Positions 1 through 10,085 of a stretch of DNA of 12,891 nucleotides are shown piece by piece. The position numbers and the translations under genes are program-made. Below the pieces are notes generated by a model. That model made no database searches, had not been told where the DNA came from, and worked only from the letters and a program-made list of their open reading frames with translations. Source of the stretch: Fonticula alba ATCC 38817. Taxonomy: Eukaryota > Protista > Nucleariida. The stretch lies in NCBI GenBank assembly GCA_000388065.2, contig KB932203.1; one strand, written 5' to 3'. Each line of letters opens with the position of its first letter. Within the stretch, counting starts at the first letter, position 1.

Positions 1-694
1 CCCCCCCCCCACAGAAGACGGGGAGACCCAGCCGGAGGCGGCGAGCGCCGGCCGGCAGCCCGAGAACACACACCATCGGGAATAATAATAACCGGGGTGG
101 GGAATGCAGGCAGCCACCCTGCGGCCAGTGTCACGGAGGCCGAGGCGGTGCGCTCCCGCGAAAATTCCTGAGCAGCCCGCGCTGGCCGCCGCATCTCGGG
201 ACGGCCGGGCGAGGAGCTGGCATGCTGCCGCAGCCAGCTCCCCGTCTTATGTCTTATCCACTAATTCTCCCTCCCTTCCTCTCTCTCCCCCGCTCCTAAG
301 TGCCCTAACTCCGGTCCCTTGGCCGCTGTTTTCCACCACCCCTTGCGGTCTTTTCCTGCTCTTTTCTTCGCGGGCCTCTTGTCCGGTGGCTTAGCTCCCC
401 CCCCCCCCCCCCCCCCCTTGAGATGGTTCGTTATTCCGAAGTGATGGACCTCGGTTGTTACGTGCCTTTGTTGGTGCGGGCGCCAGAAATGTTATTCTTG
501 TTCCTCTTCGGCTGTCCCTCCGTTGGTCGGACCGGGCGAGTCTCCGGTCGCACCTTTTTCTCTCGCCCCCCCCCCCCCCTTGCCCCTCTCTCTGCCTTCC
601 TCTCCCTCGGTCTCTTTGCTTCTGCCCGCCACGGGATTGTCCTGCCGGCGGACCTGCAAATGCCGCGACTGAAGTTCCATCTGTCCCCCTCGGG

Positions 695-736
695 CTGCTG
701 CTGCTGCTGCTGCTGTTGTTGTTGTTGTTGTTGTTG
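695..736 (+). repeat. Compound trinucleotide microsatellite (CTG)7(TTG)7
   Basis: Read directly from the sequence. Confidence 0.95.
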
Positions 737-988
737 TTTTTTCCCCCTTGCCTGGCACCCAGGACCGGGGGACATTTTTGTGTCGTGCTGGTAGGATCCA
801 GCGCCCTCGCCCGAACACTCGGCCCTGCTTGCCTCCCCTTGCCACGGGGGTGGGTGGGTTGGTGGGGGGGGGGCAGCTGGGCGTACTGAGAGGGACGGTC
901 CCCAGCCCAGGTGCAGATGGGCGATTGTGTGTCCTCATCCCTCCCTCCGCCCCGTTGCAGGGGGCCCACTTTCTCCGGACCAGGAGGG

Positions 989-990
<2 letters not shown>

Positions 991-1018
<28 letters not shown>
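991..1018 (+). repeat. (GA)14 microsatellite
   Basis: Read directly. Shorter GA/CT tracts also occur near 1507, 2996, 5083 and 12220. Confidence 0.95.
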
Positions 1019-1023
<5 letters not shown>

Positions 1024-1594
1024 AGAGTGGGGGGGGAGAAACACAGCGAGAAAGGGGGGGAAGAATTGCTCGATCATCCCCGCAATTGTCAATATTTTTT
1101 TGCCCTCACCCCCTGTCCTTACCCCCCCCGGCGGTTCCCGCCACCGCCAATCCTCTGTCCCTGCTCCCGTCCCTCCGCGTGCTTCTCGCCTTCCCTCTTC
1201 TGCCGCCTCCCCTCCCCCCTCCCCACGTCTGCCCGCCCCCCCCCCGCTCCCCTCCCCCCTACACTAGCCGGCAGATCTCGCTCCCGACGGCCCGTGAATG
1301 GTCGCCATCCTGACCAACAGGCATATCGCGAGCGCCGCCTCCCGTCAGTAGCATCTGTCGAACGGCCCCTGCATACCTAGATACACACGCGCACACGCGC
1401 GCCTGCCTACTCATTCACATAGATTTACAAACGCAGCACCAGCTCCCCTTGGCTTCCTTTGTGAAGCGCCCCCAAAGAGAGCGACAGACAGAGCGAGAGC
1501 AAGCAAAAGAGAGAGAGAGAGAGAGCGCGAACAAACGAGAAACACCACACTCGTTTCCCTCCTCTCTAGACGTCCCCTCGACTTGACTTGAAAT

Positions 1595-4500
1595 ATGCCC
1601 CAAGCAACGTCACAGCCCGGCTACCCCGGGCCGGCTGGCTTCCCGCCGCAGCATCCGCAGCATGCTCACAGTCCGCCAGTGCCGGCCTCGTCCAGCATGC
1701 CTGGCACATTTCAGCCCCCCGCCGGCCCTGGCGCCTTGCAATATCACGCATCGGACATGATGCCTGTGCGTCCTCCTGGCGGCCCTCCCCTTGTCTGCCT
1801 CCTCCGGGGCTCTTGCCCTCGCTCTTGCCCTCGCTCTTCCTTCCCCCCCCCCCCCGGTGTTTTCCCCTTCCCCTCCTAACACCACCCTCCATCCTTTCCC
1901 ATCCCAGGAGGTCCACCATGGAGGTGACATGGACTACTTGACCACTGGCGGTGCCTCCTATCACCAGGGCAGCCGGTCAGGCATGCACCACCACCACCAC
2001 CACCATCCGCAGCAGCAGCAGCAGCAGCCCCCGCTCCATTACCAGCCGTCGCAGCAGCAGCAGCAGCAACAGCCGTCGCAACACCACTACTCGCAATTCC
2101 ATCAGCAATACCCCTCGCACCATCACCATCCGTTCCGCCCGGCGGACATGCATCACTCCAGCGGTCCGGGAGGGCCTGGCGGCCATGAAATGGGCTCTGC
2201 TGCCGAGCAGGGAGTTGCCTATTACTTCCAAGACACCGCGGGCGGTCCCGGCCCTTCCTCACAATTGATGTCCGCCGGTGGATTGGCTCAGGAGGGTTCT
2301 TCCCCGGCAACCGGGCCCCTCCCGCCTGCTGGGCAACTGGACGCCAGCGGCTTCCACATCCCCGACACGCTGGTCCGGGAGCGTGCTTTCTCCACCTCGG
2401 CCCTGTCATCCATCAATGGTGCGGCCGCTTTCCCGCAGGATGACCAGTCTCCTCCTGGACTTGCTTTTTCCTTTTTATCTTCCCAGGCTGTCTAATGGCT
2501 TGCTTTCCCCCCCCCCCCCCCCCTTCCCCCCATCCCACCCAGTCCCCAGCAACACTGGCCAAGCGTCGGGGCTCGGCCAACAGCCACCATCCTTCTTCTC
2601 GACCCCTCTGCACTCTACCGATGTGGTTACCCCCCCGCCTGGCCATTCTCAGCTGCCGGTCGGCGGGGCCGGCGCCTCGCCGCTCATGCACAAGCCCGGT
2701 GCTGGCGGGGCCGCAACAACCTTCCGCACCCCACCCACCTATGCCTCACTGCACATGGGCCGTGGCACTGGGCCGGGCACCGGGCCCCAGCCCCACCCCC
2801 GCCGGTCACAGAGCCCCTTTGCTTCGGGTCTCGGGTCGAATGCCCTGCGCAATCAGCGTAAGGCCCAATCCGAGGTGCGCACAGCCACGAAGAAGAGCGG
2901 GGGGGAAAAAAAAAGAGAAAAGAAGAAGGACACACCACCTCCCATGAATGGGTTGCATCAAGCCTCTGACCATTTTGCCCCTCCCTCTCCCTCTCCCTCT
3001 CTCTCTCTCTCTATGCATTCTTCCCAACAGAACAATCTCTCTGCCATTGGGCTTGAGGATGCCCGGCAGCAGGCGATGCAGCAGCAGCAGCAGCAACGTG
3101 TGGGCCAAACTTCAGGTGCCTTCCCCTCGTACACCAATACCGGCCCCTCCTTCAGTGGCATGGCGCCCAAGGCCCCAACCACGACGGGGCATCATGGGTC
3201 GCTTTTGGCCCCGCCGTCAGGACCTGTTCAAAGCAAGGCCCACTCCTCCTCGCCGGACATTTCGCTTCTCTTCAGTCTCTTCTCCGTGCTGGACGAGTCA
3301 AATGGCGCCAGTGGGGATTCACATACCGGGCTTGAGGGCGGCCCAGTCGCCATCAGCGGCATTCTCCCCCATCCCGGCGGGGTGCTGCCCTCTTCCAAGC
3401 CCTTGCCCTCCTCGGCGGCATCTGGCCCGGGCCAAAGCCAGTCTCTGGACCAGCTTGATGCTTTTGGCGGCGGCCCTGGGGCTGGCGGCAGCGGGTACTT
3501 CGCTACTCGACAGTCGCAAAGCCACTTGGCGCGGCATTCGCCGGCCGAGGGAAGCCCATTGCAGGCCCCCCCGGGCGGTGGCTCTTATGGCGGCCCCATT
3601 GGAGCCTTTGGCCAATCTTCTTCCCCCTCACCGGCTCCGGGAGCCGGGCATATGACCTCCTCGGCGTCGTCCTTGTCGAACTCCTCCTCCTCTTCGACCA
3701 CCTCCCTGGCTTTCGCCGGATCTGGCGCTGGCCCGGGATATGATGGCTTCCCGGGCGGGGGATCGGCTCCGACAGTGACCTCCTTCGACTCGATGGCTGG
3801 CGGCCATCACCCATACCACCAGTCGCAGGTCCCGACAATGCCATCGTCGCATCCCCCCTTCGAAGGGGAGTATGGCGACTTGGAGGGTGGCCACCCGGGC
3901 TCGGGCCCCGGGGCGGTCTTCACCCGTCAGCTGAATGACCCCAGTACGTTCCCTTGGGCTTCCTTTCAGCGGGGCGAATGCATCCGGTGTGGCGTGTGTG
4001 CGGCGGTTTTCCCTGTTCCCCTTTCTGTCTCTCCTAACCGCCTTCTGTCCACTCATCCTCCCCTCCCGGGGGCTACGTTTACACTTTCAGAGCGGACCTT
4101 CCCCGGAGCTCCTGGCAACCAAACAACGGTCCCAACCGATCCGAGCAGTGCCTTCCCCACTTCTTCTCGGCCGAATCTTCACCGGCGTTACTCCACTTCA
4201 TACCTACCTTCTTCTTCGGGTGGGGGTGCCCCTTTGGGCCCCATGAACCCCGAGGGGCACTTTGATCAGGGTGGCTTCTTGGCGGGTGGCTCTTCCTCCT
4301 CCAACGGCCGGTTGCTGGATCCGGCCTCCGCTCGCCACGCCGCCGGCCGCTCCTACTTCCCGGGGGCCGATTTCCAAACCCAACCGCGCGCCGGGAGCAA
4401 TGGCTTCCTCCAGACGGGATCCTTCTCGGAACTGAGTCACTCCGATCCGATTGATTCGCAGTATGCGGCGCAGCAGCATTCAGGGCAGCATTATTCCTCG

Positions 4501-4808
4501 ACCGGTGGCGTCGGCTATGCCGGCTTTCCCGACCAGCCCTCGGTCGAGGGTGACTCCAGTGTCCCAGGCTACCATGCGTCGGTCCCCTTTGACTTGGCTG
4601 GCGCTGCTCCTCCTGGGGCAGGCCCGCGCCACGTCCCGGCCGGGCAATCGCACTCGGCCAGCCACTCGCCACGGCACTTCCCCTCGAGCGGAGGCATGCA
4701 CCCCTCTCAGCAGCCGCATCCGCATCATTTCCACGCGCAGCCGCAGTCACAGCCGCAGCAGCAAGCGCCTCATCACCACCAAATGCAGCAGCCAATGTTG
4801 CTGCATCC

Positions 4809-4841
<33 letters not shown>

Positions 4842-6710
4842 CTTGCATCATGCGCAGTTCCTTTCACATTCCCCGGCCTTTGAAGCATCATCTCTCCTGA
4901 TGGATGGCCTGACGTCAGCCACTGTCCCTGGACAGCATGAGCTCCTTCCTGCTGGTACGCGTGCTTCTCTCTGTCCCTCCCTCTCCCCCTCGCTCTCTCG
5001 GCCTCTTGCTTGCCTCCTCCCTTGCACATACCCACCTGCTGATGCCCTGTCCCCCCGCCCTCGACGTTTCTCTCCTTGTCCCTCTCTCTCTCTCTCTCAG
5101 GTGAGGGTGGCCCGGATGGCGGCCCAGACGGTGGCTCCTCCTTCCGCTCCCGTTCGGGCTCCGTGAGCCAGCGTACGTCCCCCCCCCTCCCCCCCCCCCT
5201 CCCCTCCCTCGGGCCATTCTTCATCAGACGCACCACCTTCTCACGCGCCTCTGCCCATCCCATCGCCGCCGGTCTTCCCTCCCCTCCCTTCAGACCACTG
5301 ACAATGTTGCCCTTCCTCTTTTCAGCCATGCCGCCAAATGATTCATCTGCGATGGGCGACTCGACAACCGGCCCTTCGTCAGCCTCGCTCCCCCCTTCGG
5401 ATAAAAGCTCCCCCGGAACCGGACCAGTCGCCTCTCCAAGTGGCGGTCTATCTTCCAAGCGCAAGGCTCCTGCCAAGTCAGCTGCTCGGTCCTCGGGTTC
5501 CTCGCCGATGTCCGAGCCGGCTTCCCCTCCCGCCAAGGGGTCTCCTCAAAGCACCCCCATCACCAAGGGCAATGGCACTACCGAGCAGAGAGCGGCCCCA
5601 GCAGCGACCTCCAAGCGCAAGGCAACCGCTCCAAGTGCTGGTACTCCTTCAAAGGCTGATGAGATGGCCGATTCGTCGGCGGACCTCCTCCTGTCTCCCA
5701 CGCGGCCCTCCTCCTCCTCCAGCCAATCGGATGACATGTTGCTTGATGAGGCTGGGACCGGAAGCGGGACCGAAGCCAGTGCCGAGGAAAAGGCACCGGC
5801 CTCAGATACGGCAACCACCGCTGCCGCCGCCGCCGCCGCCGCCGCCTCCTCCAAATCCGCCCCAGGGACCGCCGGATCCAAGAAGCCCAACCGCTCGGCT
5901 GCGTGGCCCCAGTTGTCCATCAATCTCCCGGCCAGCTCCAAGTCGCTGGGGAACTTCATGCTCCTGCAGCCGAGCGGCGGCCTGGCTCCCGGTGGTGGCC
6001 TAGCCAACGGGACATCTCCTTCATTGGCCTCAGGCATCGGCACCCCCTCCTTCCTGAGCCAAACTCCGAGCGACTTTTCCCTCATGGCGGATTTGCTGCC
6101 ACCCATGTCGCCGATGGGCGGTCCCGGTGCGCGGTCGACCCTGCTCATTCCCAACAGTGCCAACCTCGGTGGCGGGGGGTCGTCCGGCATCCTGCACCAT
6201 CAGCACCTGCACCACCTGCACCTCCCGGGAACCGGCGGTGTCGGCGGGGGTGGGCATTCCGGCCTGTCTACTCCATCCCTGCTGGCTGGCAGTGGCATGG
6301 GTAGCGGTACCGGCAACTTGAATTCCGACACGGCCGCCGCTTTGCCTGCTTCGCCGATGGACGCGCAGTTCTTCCTGAACTACTCACAACCCGGCGGTGG
6401 ACTGTCCAGCCCCGGGATCGTCGGGTCGCCGATGTCCGGCTTCGGTGGCGTCGCTATGGCCCTAAGTGTGGGTGCCAACAGTCCTGGCTTGATGCTTTCA
6501 AGTGGCACAGGCGCCAATGGGGTCCATCCACCAGGAACGCCCTCGCATTTGGGGATGTTTGCCTTCTCGACTGGCACTGGCACGGGTGCCGCCCATCTAT
6601 CTTCCCTGAGCCCGGGCTTTCATCATCACGCGGTCGTCGGGACCGGCCTTGATAGTGTCGACATGATGGAGACTCCCGGGGACTTTGCCGAGCCGGCGGC
6701 CACCTCCTAG
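1595..6710 (+). CDS. Large (~1415 aa) low-complexity, probably intrinsically disordered Q/H/S/G/P-rich protein, putative nuclear regulator; 7 exons
   Basis: Exons 1595-1765, 1908-2418, 2543-2874, 3031-3943, 4091-4954, 5101-5172, 5326-6710 total 4248 nt = 1416 codons including TAG. Every junction is GT..AG and phase-consistent, linking track ORFs 1595, 1791, 2278 and 5076. Introns are pyrimidine/poly-C rich with CTRAY branch-like motifs (e.g. cctaac 1875, tctaat 2491, cctaac 4033, cactgac 5296). An in-frame TGA at 1589-1591 precedes the ATG. Contains poly-Q and poly-H runs. No domain recognised. Confidence 0.8.
1808..1838 (+). repeat. 12-bp tandem repeat (GCTCTTGCCCTC)x2.5 inside intron 1 of gene 1
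   Basis: gctcttgccctc gctcttgccctc gctcttc, read directly. Confidence 0.85.
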
Positions 6711-7170
6711 AGGCGTGGTATTCGGCCGTGCCAGGCAGTTCACTGCATTAGGCCAGCACCATTGTCAGCCTCAACTGGAGCCACCTTCCCGGCCCTCTGC
6801 CTCCATCCTTCCCCATCTTCCACTCCTGGCGCCCGACAGCCAGGCGCTGCCCTTGTGTTCACTCCCTCCCTCTGCTTCTCTCCTTCACTGTCTTCGCCTC
6901 TTTCTCCCTTCCCTTCCCCCCTTTCCTCCCCCCCCCTCCCTCCTCCCTGACACGCGTATGTGCATGTGGAGTCCCGTCTTCAGTTTTTATCGCACTTTGC
7001 CCGGGTCCTGCCTCCACGCTCACCGCTGTGTCTCTGTCCCTGTCTCTGCCTCTCGCTCTCCCGCTCTCTGTTAGACTTTCTCTTTGTACCTTTCCCCCTC
7101 CCTCCTCGAAAATGGATCTGCACATGGAATAGAATCCCCACTCTGCTGATTGAGGAAAGGCGTTTGCCGG

Positions 7171-7190
7171 TTGCTTTGCTTTGCTTTGCT
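7171..7190 (+). repeat. (TTGCT)4 pentanucleotide repeat
   Basis: Read directly; lies between the convergent stop codons. Confidence 0.9.
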
Positions 7191-7336
7191 TTGTTTTCCC
7201 CACCCTCACAGTGCCTCCCCTTTTGCTGCATGTCTTCCTTTTACTGGATGATGTACCAAAAATACTCCCAGGCGGATGTATGCATATGTGTGTGAGGGGG
7301 GGGGGCGGAGGACAGGTGGGGCAGTGGGTCTGATAC

Positions 7337-7352
7337 ATATATATATATATAT
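7337..7352 (+). repeat. (AT)8 microsatellite
   Basis: Read directly. Confidence 0.9.
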
Positions 7353-7438
7353 GCTTTTTCTGGAATTAGAAAGGGCAAAGAACACTCGACTGACACACTG
7401 GCGAAGAGGGAGGGAGGGAGGGAGAGAGGGACCACGCG

Positions 7439-8063
7439 CTATGACTGAGTCACCGACATCTGATGCATCCGCAGACGGTTGGTGGTTGCCCCCAGGTAAG
7501 TCGGCTCTCCTGCTCCATCTGCCGCTAATGCGATGGGCATGTCAGAAAAGATGTCACGAAGGGCGCGGCACCGTGCAGAAAGATGGAGCACGCACCGCGC
7601 TCGAAGATCATGTCTGTTCCGAGTGAATGGACGAAGGAGCCCTGAAACAGCTGCGAGGGCCCCTGGACGTGTGGAGCCAGGTCAGCCGAGGTGGCGGCAG
7701 CAGCAGCTGATGCGTCAGACGCCGACGGAGGGGCTGACATCTCGGTGAATTGAAAAAGAGGCTCCCCCGTTTCGAGGCCCTTCGAATGGCGTCAGCAATC
7801 CGGCATCTGCATCACAGATGCCCTGCAGCAGGGCATGCGGCTGGGAAAGGGGGGAAAATGCAGAGAGCACAACGCACCGACACAGAGACCACCGTGTGCG
7901 GCGACAGGAGAAATGATGGGGACTGGCCACCAAAGTCGCACATAAAAACTTGCGACTCGGGAAGCGGCTCCGACGAGATGACTTCAACTGTTTCGTAGTA
8001 CTCATACTCGATGGAGTCATCGACGCCATTTCGGGTGGAGGGTGAGGCGCCGCTTCGGGGCAT
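7439..8063 (-). CDS. GTF3C6: TFIIIC triple-barrel domain subunit (GTF3C6 / Tfc7 N-terminal-like), ~151 aa, 3 exons
   Basis: Exons 8063-7878, 7779-7596, 7524-7439 (456 nt); introns 7877-7780 and 7595-7525 both start GTGCGT and end AG. The spliced product reads ...ESQVFMCDFGG..TVVSVS|GLETGEPLFQF...QLFQGSFVHSLGTDMIFER|AADGAGEPTYLGATTNRLRM... This follows, from memory, the TFIIIC_sub6 motif order of human GTF3C6 (QLVLVELSG..VLGIDTERPILQV..VFAGEYEDTLGTCVIFEE..KYKCHTMKKLSM). The start codon is less certain. Confidence 0.82.
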
Positions 8064-8751
8064 GACGCTATTTGGCTTAAGGAACAGGTGAAGGGAGGCC
8101 AAAGAGGAGGGAGGGTCAGGGAGAGGGGCGGGGGGGGGGGGAAGGAGTCTAGCTGTATTCGCGGTGAAGAAAACAAGCCCCTCTTGTGAGGCCGCCCCAA
8201 GAACCAGAGCAGGGTAGATGCCCTCCGTCTTCTCGGGGCACCTGCCCGATCCCAGCCTCTCCCGAGGCGGGGGGGAGGGGGAACAAGAGAGAAGGATGGT
8301 GCCGTTCTCGCCCTGGGGACAGAACGGCCAAGTTCATTTGTCCACGCTAAATGCAAGCCGGGAGGATCGCGGTTACAAGTCCCCGCGTCTCCGATCGATC
8401 TGGCGGCGATGTGTATGTGTATCATGTGATCCGCGGAATGCGCAAAGCATCTCCCGACTGAACGTACCCATCTGGCCGCCTCTTGGGTGCTGGCTCAGGC
8501 CTTTCCTGGCGCGAGGGGGCGACATCGACTCGCGTCCGGGGGAGGCGAAAAAGGGCCGCCAAAGCATCTGCATTCGCGGCACGAACAAGGCACCCGCCCC
8601 CTACCCGCCTGCCCGCCTGCCCGCCTACCCGCCTACGCATTGTCCACTACATCCACTCCTCACCGCATCCACAAACCCCCACCCACAATTGCCTGCTGCC
8701 TCTCCGTGCTCGCCACGCTCCTTTTCTTTCCTTCCCTCTTTTATTTCAAAC
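8064..8751. promoter_or_regulatory. Probable bidirectional promoter / 5' UTR region
   Basis: A 688-nt gap separates two head-to-head start codons (8063 on -, 8752 on +). It contains an 8-bp GC-box-like tandem repeat. Confidence 0.5.
8604..8635 (+). repeat. Tandem 8-mer (CCCGCCTR)x4
   Basis: cccgcctg cccgcctg cccgccta cccgccta, with a degenerate copy at 8593-8603. Confidence 0.9.
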
Positions 8752-9430
8752 ATGGGTGTCCGGGCTATGTTTTCGCGGAAAGTCCGCCACATGCGGCTCT
8801 GGCATCCGGTCACTATGCTTTGTGGTCTGGTTGCAATCATGAACATTGGTGTCCCCTTCAAATACCCCATCTCTCGGTACCTGGGAGGGTCTTACCTGGA
8901 CTACTATCTTTTTGTGCGTCGGCTTCCCTTCTCCGCCTCTGGCGCCCGAAAGCCATGGCCTACACACTGACCAGTGTTCCCCGTTTGATTGTTTCCCCTC
9001 CTCCCCCCCCCCCTCCCCCCTTCTTGTGCTTTTTCCTCTCCGCTTTAGAACCGGCCGACGGATGGCGGCTTCCACGACCCGTGGCCATATCCATATGACC
9101 AGGAGGCCGTACTGCACCATCGGAAGCGCATGGCCGAGAGTCTCAGTGCCTCCATCCGACAGAATGATCTCAGTGAAGTCCGTGCGTTTCCAGGCTCCTC
9201 TCGTGGCGTCCTCCCCATCGATCTCTTGTATGCATCCTTCCTTGTGGGCAAATGCTAATCTGCCCTTCGTCGCCCATGCAGAGAAGCTCACGCTTCGGTC
9301 CCAACAAATGTGGACCGAGTTCCGGGACTCTGTGGCCCAGCAGTTCGTGGAGAATGGTGACTTCGCCAGTCCGGAGGAGGCCCTCACATACACCAGTCCC
9401 CACTGGTCTGATATCATCAGTCTCTTCTGA
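8752..9430 (+). CDS. Small (147 aa) hypothetical single-pass membrane protein, probably mitochondrial; 3 exons
   Basis: Exons 8752-8913, 9049-9181, 9282-9430 (444 nt); introns 8914-9048 and 9182-9281 both start GTGCGT, with branch-like cactgac/gctaat motifs and YAG acceptors. The ATG sits in AAACATGG context. The product is MGVRAMFSRKVRHMRLW (basic, no acidic residues), a hydrophobic HPVTMLCGLVAIMNIGVPF segment, then a polar C-terminal domain ending HWSDIISLF. Confidence 0.75.
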
Positions 9431-9534
9431 GGGATATCACCCCCACACGAGTGCACAAGAGGCGCGCGTGTGCAGACGCATGTGCGCCTATCTGTGCGCT
9501 CCCCCCACAAATAGACTTCATAAATATGCCCTGA

Positions 9535-9566
9535 TGTGTGTGTGTGTGTGTGTGCGTGTGTGTGTA
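9535..9566 (+). repeat. Interrupted (TG)n microsatellite
   Basis: About 10 TG units, one CG, then about 5 TG units, downstream of the 9430 stop. Confidence 0.9.
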
Positions 9567-10085
9567 TGCACGCGCTTGGTGTCCAGAGAGCTATTGCTGT
9601 TGTCTGGCTGCGGCCTCATGCACGTGTGTTGAATGTAGACTCATGCATGCGAGCGGCTTCGGTGTCGGCGATTGGCCCGGGAGCGACGCCACCACCGACC
9701 GAAAAGTGGCCAGCCGATCGCATCCCAGGGATTGGGTGTCGAACACGACTCGGAAAGCGTTGGCAAGTGCCACCCACTCCCGGCACACGTTTCTGCCAGG
9801 CTCCTTGTTGCACGGGGTGTGGGCGAGGCGGCACCGAGGGGCCCTGCAGACAAGCACATGGGGAAGCGCATGTTTCTCGCAAATTGTCCTTTGCCCACTT
9901 CAAATCGACCCCTGAAATTGGCTCTCCCACGATTTCCTGTTCTTCGCTCCTCTCTCTCTCTCTCCTCCTTTCCCTCTTCCTCCCCTTCTTCGTCTACCTG
10001 CCGTCATCTCCCCATAGCGCGCGCATCCTCTCTCTCCGCCTCTCTCGACGTATCTCCATCCTCCGGAATAGCCAATCCGTGACAC

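Noticed and set aside
104-394. 96-aa plus-strand ORF, and an open minus-strand frame running off the left edge
   Set aside because: Neither has recognisable protein features or a supportable splice structure within the window.
3974-3999. Alternative donors for intron 4 of gene 1 (GC donor at 3974; GT at 3989 or 3998)
   Set aside because: The GT options create a TAG when joined to the 4090 acceptor, and the GC option is weak. GTACGT at 3944 is in phase and fits the local consensus.
2278-5166. 962-aa ORF as a single-exon gene
   Set aside because: Its start lies in another frame's exon, and it reads through intron-like pyrimidine tracts with clear donors, branch motifs and acceptors. It is better explained as exons 3-5 of gene 1.
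4079-5536. 485-aa minus-strand ORF, plus the many other overlapping ORFs in the track
   Set aside because: They are antisense or alternate-frame shadows of GC-rich genes. They run through introns and microsatellites (RERERE, GGGG, CCCC runs) and show no protein-like motifs.
6711-7438. Possible extra coding exons of gene 1 after the 6710 stop
   Set aside because: Acceptor-like sites exist near 6970-6983, but there is no suitable donor before the stop and the downstream frames translate simple repeats. It is treated as the shared 3' region of convergent genes.
7492-7501. ACTTACCTGG on the minus strand, identical to the U1 snRNA 5' end
   Set aside because: It lies within coding exon 3 of the TFIIIC subunit (codons for T-Y-L-G). 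No U1 stem-loops or Sm site follow.
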